Source: Phyllosticta citribraziliensis
Taxonomy: Eukaryota
Reading direction: 5' to 3'
NCBI RefSeq assembly: GCF_038025025.1
Contig: NW_027117338.1
Location: 2,294,001-2,358,000 of the forward strand
DNA: 64,000 nucleotides
Shown piece after piece: positions 14,520-27,835 of this stretch (the first letter of the stretch is position 1; each line of letters starts with the position of its first letter). A program made the position numbers and the translations under genes. Below the pieces are notes generated by a model, which worked only from the letters and a program-made list of their open reading frames with translations, did not search any database and was not told the DNA's origin.

Positions 14520-14952
14520 GGTGGCAGATGGAGGAGTCAAATGGGCCAAGAGTCGAGAGGAAAAGTAAAAGCAGAGAAGACTCGAATCTGGTTTGGTCTG
14601 GTGTCCGGAGGCTAAGCTAACGTCACTCGGGTCGGGCTGGCCAGAAGGCGCCAAGCTTTGGGCGCACGGTCTGCCTCGCGGGTCATGCAGTCAAAGGAGG
14701 GATCGACGCCTGACTCGCGCTCGAACTAGCACTAGCCCGGCCGGTAGCGCACCCGTTGGACACACTTCCCCATAACCTCCAACCTTCGACCACAGCACCT
14801 ACGACTTCGTTCAAAATCAAGCTCGCCCTGACCAGGGTCGCGTGCTTACTCTCCGCACCCTCCTGGGCGTTTCCACCTTCTTGCGCCTCTCTTCCGACTC
14901 GCTCTCAGGTTGCATGTAAACATCAACACAAAGGCTTCGCGCGCCGCCCGAA

Positions 14953-16489
14953 ATGACATCGCGGAGCCGTCCCCGCGGCAGCCAGATCAAAGATGATGCA
15001 GATGAAGAGCGCAGCATCTGGAACCAGCTTCGTACTGATGCCCGCAAGGTGGATGGCTTGGTGGTAAGTAGAAACCCTTGGAAGACACCACGGTCTCCAC
15101 ACTGTCTGCACAATCCATCCATGCTTGGCGCGCATACTGAGCTTGAAGCGCAGCTTTGCCGCGTTTTGATACTGTTGAGCTTACCATGGTCGTTGGTGGG
15201 CTGTGACCTGCGCAAGGCTTCGCTAATCAGTCCGACAGAGGGAATCAAATGAGATTGAAAAGCGCATCTACGAGCTAGGCGTAGCCCAGCAAACCATTGA
15301 AGGTGACCGATGTCTCTGACCTTTTCCTTTTTCCGTTACGTCATCTATCACGGTCTTTTCGTCATTTCTCAACCTGCAGTGTGCCTCATGCGCAGCCCAC
15401 CCCCCGGCGATTTCCCCAAGCATTGGCTAACGCACCTACAGCACGGGGAGACATGCCCCCCGCGGATATAGACAACGAGCTGGACGAGCTTGTCCGCAAG
15501 AATATCCGCCTGCACGAAGCCATCACTAGCCTGACAGACGGTTCTTCCTCCGACAGCAGCATGTCCATCACCCAAGGCCTTGAACTCCTGTCAGCCCTTC
15601 GCGCCGCTTCTGCAACCTCTCCCGACACCACGTCCAATGGCTCGCGGCAGGCCAGCGCCAAGGTCCAGCGCAACCCAAAACGAGCCAAGCTTGAGCCGAC
15701 TCTGAATGACGACAATGACTCCATGGCAGCAGAATCTCCCAAAATGAGTCTCATCAGCTCAGGCGTCAAAGATCGTCTTGGCGTTGGCGGCAGCAAGGCT
15801 GGGAGCAGAAGCGGCAGCGTCGGTGCCACGCGCGAAACCAGCGTCAAAGTCGAGGACGGCAACGACAGCATCGACAGCAAAGGTAAAGTTCACAAAGCCA
15901 CTGCGCATCTCTAACGACGACCTTTGCACCAAGTATCTTCCAGGGTTGGTCTGATACGTCTATCAAGTGTCCATCGGCGAGCGACATCGTCTCAGTGTCG
16001 GCACCGAGGTCTTTTACCGTAACAAGCAGAAGAACACAGAGGGCGAAGGCATACTCTGTGCTGTTACGGCAGTGATTGGCGAAGGAAAGCAAAGACGGTA
16101 ACCCAATCCCGAGCTAAATTATCTACTGCAACTCCGTTCCAACAACTCAATGCAGATACGAAATCATCGACTCAGACCCCGATCCCCCTACACCTCCCCA
16201 ACCCTACCGCGCCTCTGTAAATGCTCTTGTACCGATACCCAAAACAAACGAAGGACTGTCTGAACTCCCTCCTCGCAAGACTGTCCTTGCTGTATATCCC
16301 TTCACAACCACATTCTATAAGGCCGAGGTTGTGGCATCACGACCCGGGAAAGGACTAAAGAAAGATGGAAAAGACATTGGCGCGGATCTTAAAGAAGGCT
16401 ATGTGAGACTGCGATTTGAGGGCGAGGACGAAGCAGACACGGAAAAGGATGTGGAACGGAGGTACGTGCTACCTGAACCAGGAAGGTAA
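14953..16489 (+). CDS. SGF29: SAGA-associated factor 29 (tandem Tudor), multi-exon
   Basis: N-terminal coiled coil (EERSIWNQLR). C-terminal Tudor-like segments EGEGILCAVTAVIGEGKQ, YEIIDSDPD, VLAVYPFTTTFYKAEV, LRFEGEDE, VERRYVL. Internal exon boundaries approximate. Confidence 0.85.
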
Positions 16490-17411
16490 ATACCCAGACT
16501 CCATTGCGACAGACATGGCATGACCAACCTTTTGCAAGGGATGGTTTGATTTTGGAACTCCACTGAAAATTTGGCGTGGAATTTTCGTTCTCGTCTTGAT
16601 TACCTTCGGCCCCGAGACAAGATTTCTGCGACTTGTCTTGGTTACTATTTTAATGCAGCTTTCACGTCCAGAATGTGTGTGCTCCTTCTGTTGGTGCAAA
16701 TGCTGCCTCTATGGTAAACACGTTGGTATCATCATGACTGACACGCAGGTTTTACCAAAAACCGGCCCTCCGCTCTCCTCCCGCTCTCTCTGCGCAGTCT
16801 ACTGTACTGGCGTTGTTACAATCGGAAACACCGGAAATGGAGGTAGGCGCAACGTCAAATGGTCATCATGGGATTGCTGACGGATTTCGCTGTTGAATTA
16901 CTACATGTATTTGGCTGTTGCTCCGTCTAGCCATGGACAGGCTGGTTTTGCAACGCAGAGAATGCATCCTGCGCCGTCTAGACCAATTCTTGTTCGTCTA
17001 CAATCCATCTTTCTGGCAAAACAAAGCTTCTTTGCACAGGGAAATTAGTGTGGGCATTGCGGAATTCCCTCAGAGACCGTGGGCATTTGTGAAGAGTTGG
17101 TGTTGACCACAGTCGTTGCACGTCTAGGTTCAAACAGCTATCGACAACCGAATCTCATGAGTTTCTTGTGTTGCTGCGATTGGGGTTCCAACCAGCCTGC
17201 TGGGTTTGGCAGCTATCTTCAGTTGTGGATGTGGTGTTTTCTGCAAACACTGACGCGCAACACAAGCCCCCGAACTCCATATAAGACCGACGCTGGATCT
17301 CCGTGGTCCACGGCAGTCAGAACCTCTCGCATTCAAGAGTTTCTGATTTTCGACCTTCATTGCACTCACCTTTCGAAACTTCTCGCCTCGTTTCGACACC
17401 TCAATCTTACA

Positions 17412-20400
17412 ATGAGCTTCCAAAATTTCTTCAACAAGAAGCCGTGCCAGCGCTGTGGCTCTAAGGAGCATACTGCTAATCGTTGTGAAGATATTCGCGC
17501 ACTGACTGACAACCCAAGCAATGACCCGCTGATTTGGCCTGATGCTTTGACCGTGAAAAAGCGTATCGAATACGAAGTTGCTTTGGTCAAGAAGCGTGGA
17601 CACAGTTTTCAGTACCTTGGCGGACTAACCCTCGAGGAGTTCCGAAGGCGTATCGACGATAGAGCTTCTACTTCAGCTGCTGGCGCCAGTTCCTCCGCAA
17701 CCCCAGCCACGCTCGCCCCCGGTGGCAGCCCTGCCTCTTCAAGTGGCACTCCGTCACGCACTGCAGCTGATCTTGTGGCTATGCCAGTCCGCACGAAGCC
17801 TGCTGGCGCGCCTACAGGTGGAGGCAACCAGCCCAAAGGTGGCACTGCTTCTTCGACTTCTGTCTCAACACCTTCTGGTCCTCCGAACTCTCAGTCTGGA
17901 ACAGGTAACTCTGATTACGAAGTTTCGCGAAGCTTATGCTAACGTTCGATCAGACCACAGACCTTTGAGAAGGCAGAGCCTCAGTCTTCGTGATCGAAAA
18001 CCAGCGACGACGTCTGATCCATCCGCCGGCAGCTTTGCTCTGGTCGACAAGCGTGCTGTTTTCGAGAGTCTCTTGGCCAAGCAACAATCCGCGAAAAAAG
18101 CCGACGTCTTCCCTTTGCGTCCCGGCTTCGGTCTCAAGGACCAGAACGCGAACATCCACACGAATCACTTCAGAATGACGCTCCCCAAAACTTTGCATCG
18201 TTACACCATTGGTCTGACCAAGGTTTGCAGCTCCTGGAGCCAAGCTGCGCGGAAAAGACTCATCGAAGCTTTTTTCGACCACGTCAACCATTTTGGACAA
18301 GAGTCAGACTTCGCCACGGACTATCTTCTCAATATTGTCTCGTGGAAGGAGCTCAAATTCCCGCTTGTGGACCCGAATCTGAAGAAAGAAGCTCAGGATG
18401 TCTTTTCTTGTCCGTCATTGACGAACGACAACCTGGTCTTTTCGAGCAAAGTTCCTTTTGGAAGGAACCAAGAGCATGTCGCAATTTACAGCCATGGTCA
18501 GGTTGACCTCAACGGCTTCAAGAACTACGTCGAAGGCCAACCGGGCTGCCAGGAACACGACAACTCCATCGCTTGCCAGTCGCTCAGCATCATCATTTCC
18601 AAGGCCGCTAGGGCAACTCAGCCGGACTACCAAAGTTTCCAACTTGGCAGCAACAGGCTTTTCATTAAGAGTCGTTGGGATCCCCTGGACATCACATGGG
18701 TCCAGCTTGGACGTAACCCCATCGAAACTTCTAGAAACCTTGTCGTTTGCCATCATGGATTTTCCTTCATTGTCAAGCCGGCCATGGGAGGCGCGCTCCT
18801 CAATGTCAACAACGCGACGAGTGCATTTTTCCATCCACGTCTCGTTTCAGACTTCATCAGGCACCACAATGGTACGCCTGGCTTCCAACGCCTACTTCGA
18901 GGTGTTCGCGTCTACGTCGACTATCGCGGAAGACAAAGCCACTCCAACGACGACGATCCCAGCAACAAAATCAAAACCATCAACGGCTTTGGCGTCCCTG
19001 TGGACAAGCAGACCTTCGAAAAAGATGGCAAAATTGTCAGCGTCTATGATCATCTTACCAGCAAGTATCCTCACCAGAAGATTGATCGAGCGTCCTTGAG
19101 TGTGAACTTGGGTGGTAAGGACAAGATGAAGTTGTGGTACGCGCCTGAAATGCTTCGAATCCTCCCTTACCAGCCTTACCGTGCAAAGCTATCCCCCGAG
19201 CAGACGACGAACATGATCAACCTGGCTTGCAAAAGGCCCCCTGTCAAGGTCTCAGAAATCTTGGGTGATGGACTCCGTTCTATTAACATGGGAGTATCAA
19301 GCACAGTCGTCGTTCCGAATTCTGGTCTGGAGATCGACCCGCAGATGCTGACTGTTCCTTCGCGACAAGCCCCCGAGCCTCATCTTTTTTTCCGCTCAGT
19401 GAAAAATCTCCCACAGGTCCGTCAAGGAAGATGGTCACTTCCCCCCGGCGCCCAATTTTTTTCAACCGATACGGGAGTCGGAGGTGGATTTCATTACCTT
19501 TTCCTCGAAAGAGTGGTCAATGGCCTTGGGAGGAATGATCCGCATCCCGGACAAATTCATAATGATTTCGTAGGGGTACTGAGGAGTCTTGGAATTCGAT
19601 TCAGAGCACCCGTGGGCACGTACACGGCCATGCACAGCTATGATAGGGCGGAGATTGGTCGAGGTGTATCAGAAGCTGTGGCGAAGTCTGCTTCTCTGGT
19701 AGTACTTCTGATGATGACTCCATCAACTCAGGCGTACTCGGACTTCAAGACAGAAGCGGATCGACGGGTCGGTCTACAGTCAATCTGCCTTTCCAAGTAC
19801 TGGAAAAGCAAAAACAAGTCAGGCTATCTGAGGAATGTTGGGATGAAGGTAAACCTGAAGTTAGGCAACATCAACACCACTGTCAACAAGGGCCTTGGTA
19901 CTGCAGGAGGAAAACCCATCGACAAGAACGTCATGATCCTTGGAGCCGATGTCACGCATCCATCTGCACTGTCGTCGCATGGAACACCGTCAATTGCTGC
20001 GGTCGTTGGCAGTGTTGATGGCACCTTTGGGAAATTCCTTGGATCAATGAGATGGCAACAGCCTGACGAGAGGTCTGATGGAACCTTGAAGCAGAGCAAA
20101 GAGGTTTATATTCAACCCATGTTTTTCCAGATTCCATGGCAGACACTGACATGCAACAGATCATCGAGGACATGAGGTCCATGGTCAGAGAGCGCTTGAA
20201 TGCTTATTATTCGGTCAATAACAAACTTCCCGACCACATCATCTACTACCGCGACGGAGTGAGCGAAGCCCAGCGTGCAGAAGTCAAGAACAAGGAGGTT
20301 ACAGCAATCAAGGCAGCATACCAGGATATTGCAGGCACGAAGAATGTGCAGACCGCAGTGCCAGTGACTGCAATCATTGTCACAAAACGCCACGGTACAC

Positions 20401-20961
20401 GCTTTTTTCCACGCAGCAACGCTCAGAAGTCTGAAAAGGTCAATGACAACATCGTCCCTGGCACTGTCGTAGACACCTGTGTGACCTCTCCCTACTACTT
20501 TGACTTCTTTCTGTCTTCGCATGCCGGCATCCAGGGCACATCGAAACCAGCACACTACTTTGTCGTGGAAAACGGGCTGGGGTTCAACGCAACAGAGCTG
20601 CAAAATGTCGTAAGTCATCCTTCCAATTACCCATTTCCCGGAATCTCCACTCGCCACTATTCTCCTGCACCAAATCCCAGCCTCAATCCTCACGTTTGAC
20701 TAAACTAACACTCCCACGCGACAGACGCAAAATATTTGCGCCATCTACGTCCGCGCAATGATGACTGTCTCGTACGCATCGCCAACCTATTATGCGGACC
20801 GCTTGTGCGAGCGCGGTCGCATTTACCTTCGCGAGTTCTACGACGGTGCAATCCCTTCGGATTTAACTCCGGATCGATTCAGAATCAGGCTCAATGATAT
20901 CTGGAACAAGCACCAGAACCCCTGGCACGACAGATTGAGCGGCACGATGTTCTGGATGTGA
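17412..20961 (+). CDS. Argonaute protein B with N-terminal CCHC zinc knuckle, 4 exons (17412-17904, 17954-20103, 20160-20609, 20725-20961), ~1109 aa
   Basis: CQRCGSKEHTANRC; ArgoN FPLRPGFG...IHTNHF; L1 VKPAMGGALLNVNNATSAFF; PAZ end WYAPEMLRI; MID NVGMKVNLKLGNIN; PIWI GADVTHP, YYRDGVSE, KRHGTRFF, FFLSSHAGIQGTSKPAHY, PTYYADRLCER; C-terminus MFWM. Three GT-AG introns give one continuous frame. Confidence 0.95.
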
Positions 20962-21597
20962 GGGGGTATCTGCTGACGGCGGCGGTGGAGAAGTTCGGGT
21001 TTTCTGGATTTGGGCTTGTTGGAGTTTTGCATGGGTTGGTCAGGAGGGGCTGAGAGAAGTTGGAGGTGGTTGTTGATGCAGGAATGATTCGAGAGGGGCT
21101 TTTCTTTTGTACGGAGTTTGCACCAATCTTTGAGTTTTCAATTTGCTGTTGGTGCCAGTGATGCTGCATGGGGACAGCCCATGGGGACGCCTTTGTGAAA
21201 GTCTTACCACTCAATTGCAAATCCTTGTCGAGACTTTGAATCACCCAAGAAGAATTTCCATGTCACTGACAGCAGAGACGACCTTTTCCCAATCACAAGC
21301 AGTACTGTTGGAGAGCGGCTGGATAGCATGGTTAAGTTTTGAAATATTTTCAATTTGTAGTCGCATTTGCAGTCCAGTTAAGAACTCAAATGATGGCCAC
21401 GAAACCAGGAGACAACAGCTGAGCATGCCGCACTACGCCCATTGCCCCAAATCCGGATATCCAGAACGCCGTTGCCTGATTTCCACGCCTCCTGTATGCC
21501 ACTGAGTTGCGCGCTTGCAACCAAAGCCCAAATCTTGTACCAGAGGTCTGAAACCGCAGTTTTTTGCGCCAAAGTGACAGAGCAGTTACAAACCCGC

Positions 21598-22135
21598 TTA
21601 GATCATCAGCCTCTCGACCTTGTCCTTGAGGGAGCGGACCTGGCCCATGAGGTCGGATCCCTGTTGGAAATAGTGAGCGTCTGGTTTAGTGGAAGCTGGG
21701 AATTGTTACATACCTCGTTGGTGGTGATGCTGGCGGCAATGACAGCCCTGCTCACACCACAAGCGCGGCCAAGCGCCATCTTGCTGGGGACGTAGACGTA
21801 GGGGACGTTCTTGTCCTCGCAGAGGAGAGGAAGGTGGAGAAGGATGGCGAGAGGAGAAGTATCAGCGGCCAGAACGATGACCTCCGCAACACCACGGTTC
21901 AGAGTCTTGGTGGCCTCGTTGGCACCCCTAGAGCATACCGTTAGAACTCATTCGTTGGATATGACGCGCACGCGTTGTGGAGAGCATTCGCGAAACGCGC
22001 CAAGCTGCCGCTGGATATGGGCACTCACTTCTTGAGCTGCCTGTAGTGCTGGGCCTGTTGGACGAGGTCGAGAATCTCCTGGGAGAGGGAGGCATCGGCG
22101 ATGGGCCAGGCGGCGGAAGTATCTTGAGCGGACAT
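21598..22135 (-). CDS. SNU13: 13 kDa ribonucleoprotein-associated protein (L7Ae family, Snu13/15.5K), 3 exons
   Basis: [40 protein letters not shown]...[32 protein letters not shown]. Confidence 0.95.
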
Positions 22136-22569
22136 TTTGTGTTGTTGTGGGTGGCTGGAAATGCGCGGAATCGGGTGTCTTGCGGGAGATGGAGGTGGAA
22201 ATCGCTGGAGTCGATTCAAAAGGGTTCCTTTCCTGTGGGATCGCCCTTTCTTGTTGCGTCAGCGGGAGGTTGAGAGCTCGGTGGTGGAATAGGCGACTGG
22301 GGAAAAAATTCCGGCCAAGAGAAAGTTGAGTCGTGGTCCGAGCGTCATTGTGGCCTGAGGCAACAAACCACACGGTCTAAATCACGTGGCTGGGACGCCA
22401 AGAAGCTGCCGGTGGACGGGCAGCAGCTTCCCACAGCACCTCCATCGACTTCGTCCTCGTCGTCATCCATCTCCATCCCGCATCAACCGCCTCCCAACCG
22501 CCCGTTGTTTCCATCTGACCTTCCGTGCCAACTTCGCATCCGCAGAGTCTCAACCACATCACCGTCGCA

Positions 22570-23502
22570 ATGGCCACCGATCTCTGGTACGTCGCCGTCG
22601 TGCCGCGCTTCTGGACAGCTTGAGCGTCCCTCTTCGCAGGGACCAGCTTTGCCGTCATTGCCTTTTGCGCTTTCTGAGCTCTATACTTGATTCAATGAGA
22701 CGTCAAAGCTAACGAATGGAATTTACAGCCCCGTTTACGCCGTAAGTCCTGCCCTGGTGTTGCGATCCACCACACCGCCCGAGCGATCGAGCGGCCAGTA
22801 GCGCTCCTACTTCTCCCCGCGCCTCCCAGTCGACCCGTTATACACCAACATGTGTTCCAGGACCAAAAGCTGATTTTGCTCGTTAGCCCTTCTTCGGTGC
22901 GATGGGCTGCACGTCCGCCATCGTCTTCACCTGCTTCGGCGCTGCCTACGGTACCGCCAAGGCCGGTGTTGGTATCTCTGCCATGGGTGTTCTCAGGCCT
23001 GACCTGATCGTCAAGAGTACGGATTCCCCAAATGCCGACTTGATTGTCGAACGATAGCCTCCCACTGCGACACGGAGAGGCTTCGGTTCAGGCCACCAGC
23101 TAACTTACCCCAGACATTATCCCCGTCATTATGGCTGGTATCATTGGTATCTACGGTCTCGTCGTTTCGGTCCTGATCTCCAACGGCCTGTCGCAGAGAT
23201 CTGCACTGTTTACCAACTTCATCCAGCTGGGTGCTGGTTTGTCCGTCGGTCTGGCCGGTCTGGCCGCCGGGTTTGCTATTGGTATTGTCGGTGATGCTGG
23301 TGTCCGTGGAACTGCTCAGCAGCCCCGCCTCTTCGTCGGCATGATTCTCATTCTCATTTTCGCTGAAGTCCTGGGTATGAAAGCCATACTGCTGTCGCGC
23401 GCGAGCTTCACTGACGTGGAAACAGGTCTCTACGGTCTCATTGTCGCGCTGCTCATGAACTCCCGCGCCGACCAGGGTGTCGTTTGCTCCTACGACTCGT
23501 AA
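22570..23502 (+). CDS. VMA3: V-type H+-ATPase proteolipid subunit c, 5 exons including microexons
   Basis: [37 protein letters not shown]...[21 protein letters not shown]...[30 protein letters not shown]. Confidence 0.95.
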
Positions 23503-24358
23503 ACATTTTTTGGACACCAGAAATCCGGCAGCTTCGCCAAGTTACCTGTACGGATGAGGTACTGCGCTGTGAACGAACAAGGACTTGACACGGCAAGCCA
23601 ACATCTGGCTGACGCGAATGAATGAAAATTGGAACGAAAATTGCCCAGGGCCGTGTGTTGGCTTTGGGTACCAGCGGAGCTCTTGAGCGAGCGTGTTAAT
23701 GGGGCTCCGCCTTGTATGTCGATATATTCCACTTTTTTTGGGTGCTGTAGGACTTTGCAAGTAGATAACGGGCGTAAAACATTGTCTTTTCCGGTGGCGG
23801 CTATATTGATTAGCTTTCCTCGGAATGGGAGTTCTCGTGAGAAACACCTTGTCCTTGGCTTTGACATTCGCAATGATGGTAACACGAGGTGGGTATGTAT
23901 CACACCTGCGAGTCTTTCTACCTTTTTTGTTTTCCACAGTGTCTGCCATTTTTGACAGCTTCGGAACGCTCCATGACACATCCTGGAACCAAACCACGTT
24001 TGGGGAAATGACATTACTTATATTCTCCGCCGTAAACTGATAGGTACTCCGTGGCTCAATAGGACCTGTATTCTAATCACGAGCAACGCTCACACTCCAC
24101 AACTAATCATTGGCAGGGAACCACCGGGAATTCCAGATTTGTTCAAGTCTTCAAGCCGCCATCCTCAGCTGGCAACTTCTGTGCCGCTAACGATGCACGT
24201 GGCAACTGACGATGCAAACGAGATGCTCGAGACTAATCTTCAAATCCACAAGCTCAGAGACACTTGTCTAGAAAAGGCTGACCGACTTGTAGGTCTTGCA
24301 CTTCTCAATTGAATTTCTCACCTCATCGCAACACTCAACTCGCGGACCCAACATCAAT

Positions 24359-25537
24359 ATGGCAACACCATCTTCGCCTCCAAAGATTCTCCTGACAGGC
24401 GCAACCGGCTATGAAGGTGGAAGCGTGCTCCACCGCCTCTTCAAGCACCCCTCTCTTGCTTCCATCCTCTCCCCCTCCAACCCCGTGACTCTTCCCGTCC
24501 GCCCAGGCGGCGGCGACCGCATCTCCAAGCTCACAGAAACCTACGGGCCGCGCGTGAACCCCATCGCCATCACGTCCCTCGACGACGTAGAGACAGTGAA
24601 GGCGCTGGCGGCCGAGCACGACATGGTCATCAACGCGGGGACAGGCTTCCACCCGGCGTCGGCCGAAGCGCTGGTGCGCGGGCTGGCGGCGCGCAAGGCG
24701 GCGACGGGCCAGCCCGCCGTCTGGATGATCCACACGTCGGGCTGCTCCAACATCTCGGACAAGCCCATCACGGGCGCGGCGCGGCCCGACGTCGAGCACG
24801 ACGACGCCGACTCGGCGGCCGTGTTTGCGTTCGAGGCGGCCGAGAACGAGCGCGAGTGGTACGCGCAGCGCGCCGCCGAGCTCGTCGTGCTGCGCCTGGG
24901 CGAGGAGCTGGGCGTCAGCGCCATCAGCATCCAGGCGCCGTGCATCTTTGGCACTGGCGAGGGCCTGTTTCAGCAGGCTGGCTTGATGATTCCCGTCACG
25001 ATGGCGAGTGTCTTGCAGCAGGGCTATGGCGTCACTGTCGGCGATGGCACGGGGGATATCGACTATGTCCACATTGCCGACCTTGTCGATCTCTACGTCC
25101 TCTGCGTCCTCAATATCGTCGAGCACGGCGGCAGCAGTTTGGAGACGGGCAGGCATGGCATCATTTTCCCGACGGCTGGCCGGACGCTCACGCGCGATAT
25201 CGCGCTACGTTGTTTGGATGTCGCGTTTGCAGCGGGACACTTACCCAAGGAGGGTGGGCCTCAGACCAAGGAGATTCGCACGTTGAGCCTTGAAGAGTCG
25301 GCTGCGATGACGGCGGGCAATCTCTACATTGCCGAGACAGGGTTGGCGGGCCATCGCAAGACCAAGGGCACTGTTGCAAGGACGCGATTAGGGTGGGAAC
25401 CTGTCTATTTGGAAGACGCGTGGATGCAGGATTTTGAGACGGAGATGAAGGCTGCGTTGGAGGGGAAGAGGGGAAGTACCTTTGAGGCTTGTATTGCTGC
25501 TGAAGGGCACTCAAAAGAGATCTGTCAGTACTTTTAA
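24359..25537 (+). CDS. NAD-dependent epimerase/dehydratase (extended SDR) family protein, intronless
   Basis: Rossmann motif KILLTGATGYEGGSVL, MIHTSGCSN, IFGTGEG, DYVHIADL, ARTRLGWEP. Confidence 0.85.
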   Translation: MATPSSPPKILLTGATGYEGGSVLHRLFKHPSLASILSPSNPVTLPVRPGGGDRISKLTETYGPRVNPIAITSLDDVETVKALAAEHDMVINAGTGFHPASAEALVRGLAARKAATGQPAVWMIHTSGCSNISDKPITGAARPDVEHDDADSAAVFAFEAAENEREWYAQRAAELVVLRLGEELGVSAISIQAPCIFGTGEGLFQQAGLMIPVTMASVLQQGYGVTVGDGTGDIDYVHIADLVDLYVLCVLNIVEHGGSSLETGRHGIIFPTAGRTLTRDIALRCLDVAFAAGHLPKEGGPQTKEIRTLSLEESAAMTAGNLYIAETGLAGHRKTKGTVARTRLGWEPVYLEDAWMQDFETEMKAALEGKRGSTFEACIAAEGHSKEICQYF

Positions 25538-25749
25538 GCCATGGTTTACTCGTTCAGCACTGCTACTAACGGGGCTAGCACTGTTAATTTGTGCATCAAG
25601 AACACTTTGATCCCCAAAGTACAACGGGAGAATTATTTTTCATTCATTCGTCAGCTATGGACAGAAGGTCCTTGCAATGTGCAACCCAAGATGTTTTACA
25701 CTTCCAAGAGCCATGAGGCCATCCAACTGGCCGATGAAGCAACCCGGGC

Positions 25750-27835
25750 TTAGTGTTCCGAATTCACAACCACGGCACGGGTACGCCTTGCGTTGGAAGC
25801 GTAGGTCTCTCCAACGAACAAACCAAGCAAAAAGGCAAACCATCCGACGAAGAATGGCACGATTCCCAGGACCACGAAGAGCGCCCACTGGCTCTTTGCG
25901 TGCAGGCTGTGGTTTTCCTTGTGCGTCTTGGCCTGGTCCCAAAACGAAGCATATTCTCGCCGACGGTATCCATTTCCCTGGCGCGCCCACTGAAGAAATT
26001 CGGAGCTCAAGACCTCGGCGTCGTGGCTCTCAAAAAGGACACAGTGAGGAGGCTGATCAGCGTGGCTGAATGGGCTGCAAACCTTGAGGCCCAGGAAGTC
26101 GCCGTTGCTGAGGGATACTTTTTCGATGATGGCTGGATGTTCCTTGGGGGCTTCATCAAAACTGGCAGAATCAGGATGAGTCGCTGTGTCTGATCGCCAG
26201 GAGTGGCCGAGCTTGCGCTTAGAGAGTTCCTTAGAATCAAATGGAAGGGGATGCACCGAAGGACATTTCGGGTCGCCGTCCTTGCACCAGTAGTACATGC
26301 TCAGAACATACTTGTCATCGCTAGGAGCTCCACCACATGGATCATGGTAATCGCCTGCGCAAGGCATGGAGTCACACTGACCGCTGATACCAGTGCGCGG
26401 CAGACGATCAATCGGAGGTGGCGTGAAGGAGCAATAGCAGGTGTCGCCATTCTCAAGACCAGCCCAGTGCCTACCGGTTGCGTGGCAGTGATTAAGGCAA
26501 GTCTGCCTGGTCATGAAGCTGTCGGTCCATGCATTTGTCCATGTACGATTCGAGACGTCGTCTATTCCGCAGCCAAAGTGACTCCAGTAGGACGGACTGG
26601 CGACCACAGCTGAAATCCGGGAGCCAGCGACACGCGTGGGCGATACGGCCTTGTTGGATGAAGTCGTCGACTCGAAGAAACCACCATTCGAGTGATACTT
26701 TGTGGTCATGATGGACGTCGACAATGCCGGCGTGGTGTAAGGAGTAGGCGTGGGGGAAGCAAGCGCTGTGATGTATTCAGGCGCATGCTGTGTACCCGCA
26801 CAGCTCCCGAAGAAATCTGGACGGATGGTTTGATTGAGAAACGGATAGCAGGTTTTGTCAGCGGAGGGGCTCTGCCCGTTGCAATGAGAGATTGCTCGCT
26901 GAAAAGTGGCGTTGTCCCAGCCGTTGATCTTTGCAGAGTTAGCACAGGCTTGCAAAAGAAATTCAGGGTGGACACGTACGAAGGACCCTTGAAATCCGTA
27001 GCCAGTCGGATCGTTGATAAATCCGTTCTGACCCTTGTGGACAAAGACGAGATGAGGACGACTGTCTATGGCCAACTTGCCCTTGAAAGAAGTGAGATCG
27101 TAGAGCACATCGTACCACATCGAGACCAGACGGATGGGATGCGAGGAAGGACAGGTTCCATTGATGGGATAAGCCACGTGAGAGCCGTCTGTAGAAGACA
27201 ATCGTTTGCCGTCTCCGCACGAAGGGAAGCCAACTTTTGCACTGAGACCATCGGGACAGAACTCTTGAGGCAAGTGGGCCAAGGAGGATCTCACCCCGCC
27301 AGGAGCCTGCTTGTCATCACATTCGTACCGGATAACACCACCAGGGACGCCATTGTTTGGACGGCGCTTGGAGTCGTGCCCGGCAGACATCTGGAATCCG
27401 CCAGGGAAAGGCGCAGCTCGGGGGCTCAGGCTTCGATTGGAGGTGGGGCTTTGGCTGTGTGGGTTCAGTGTTTGTTCTTGAGCTCGGTCACAGGCCAACT
27501 GACTCATAGTGAACGGTGATGGTCTTCTCAGGCACAGCCAAGTAGCTTGTGCCGTCGTAGTAGAAGAGCTGAGAAGTCCAGTACAATGACATGTCACCCT
27601 TGGTTGAGCAAGAAGAACACTCCGCGTGACGCAGCTGGTTGTAGGTGATGTTCATGTTGACCGCGTTGGCGCCCGCAAAGAGGTTGAAAGAGCTGGAGAG
27701 CTTTCCAGGGCTGTGGATAGGATCAATGCGGTCGCGTAGGACTGGCTGGCACTTGACAGCCCAGCGTGCGGTTGCAGTCGTGGCGAGCAGAGCCAGCAGG
27801 ACGGCTATGACGCCGCCAAAGTTGGCCTGGCGCAT
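25750..27835 (-). CDS. Secreted/membrane DUF1996 + WSC domain protein with C-terminal TM helix
   Basis: Signal peptide MRQANFGGVIAVLLALLA; DUF1996-like RIDPIHSPG, CSSCSTKGDMSLYW, GTCPSSHPIRL, DPTGYGFQGSF, NGWD; WSC-like CLNHCHATGRHWAGLENGDTCYC...CAGDYHDPCGG; hydrophobic segment near the C-terminus. Confidence 0.8.

Noticed and set aside
22290..22400. RRPE-like GAAAAAATT and CACGTG in the SNU13/VMA3 divergent promoter
   Set aside because: Plausible, but short and partial matches that cannot be distinguished from chance without conservation data.
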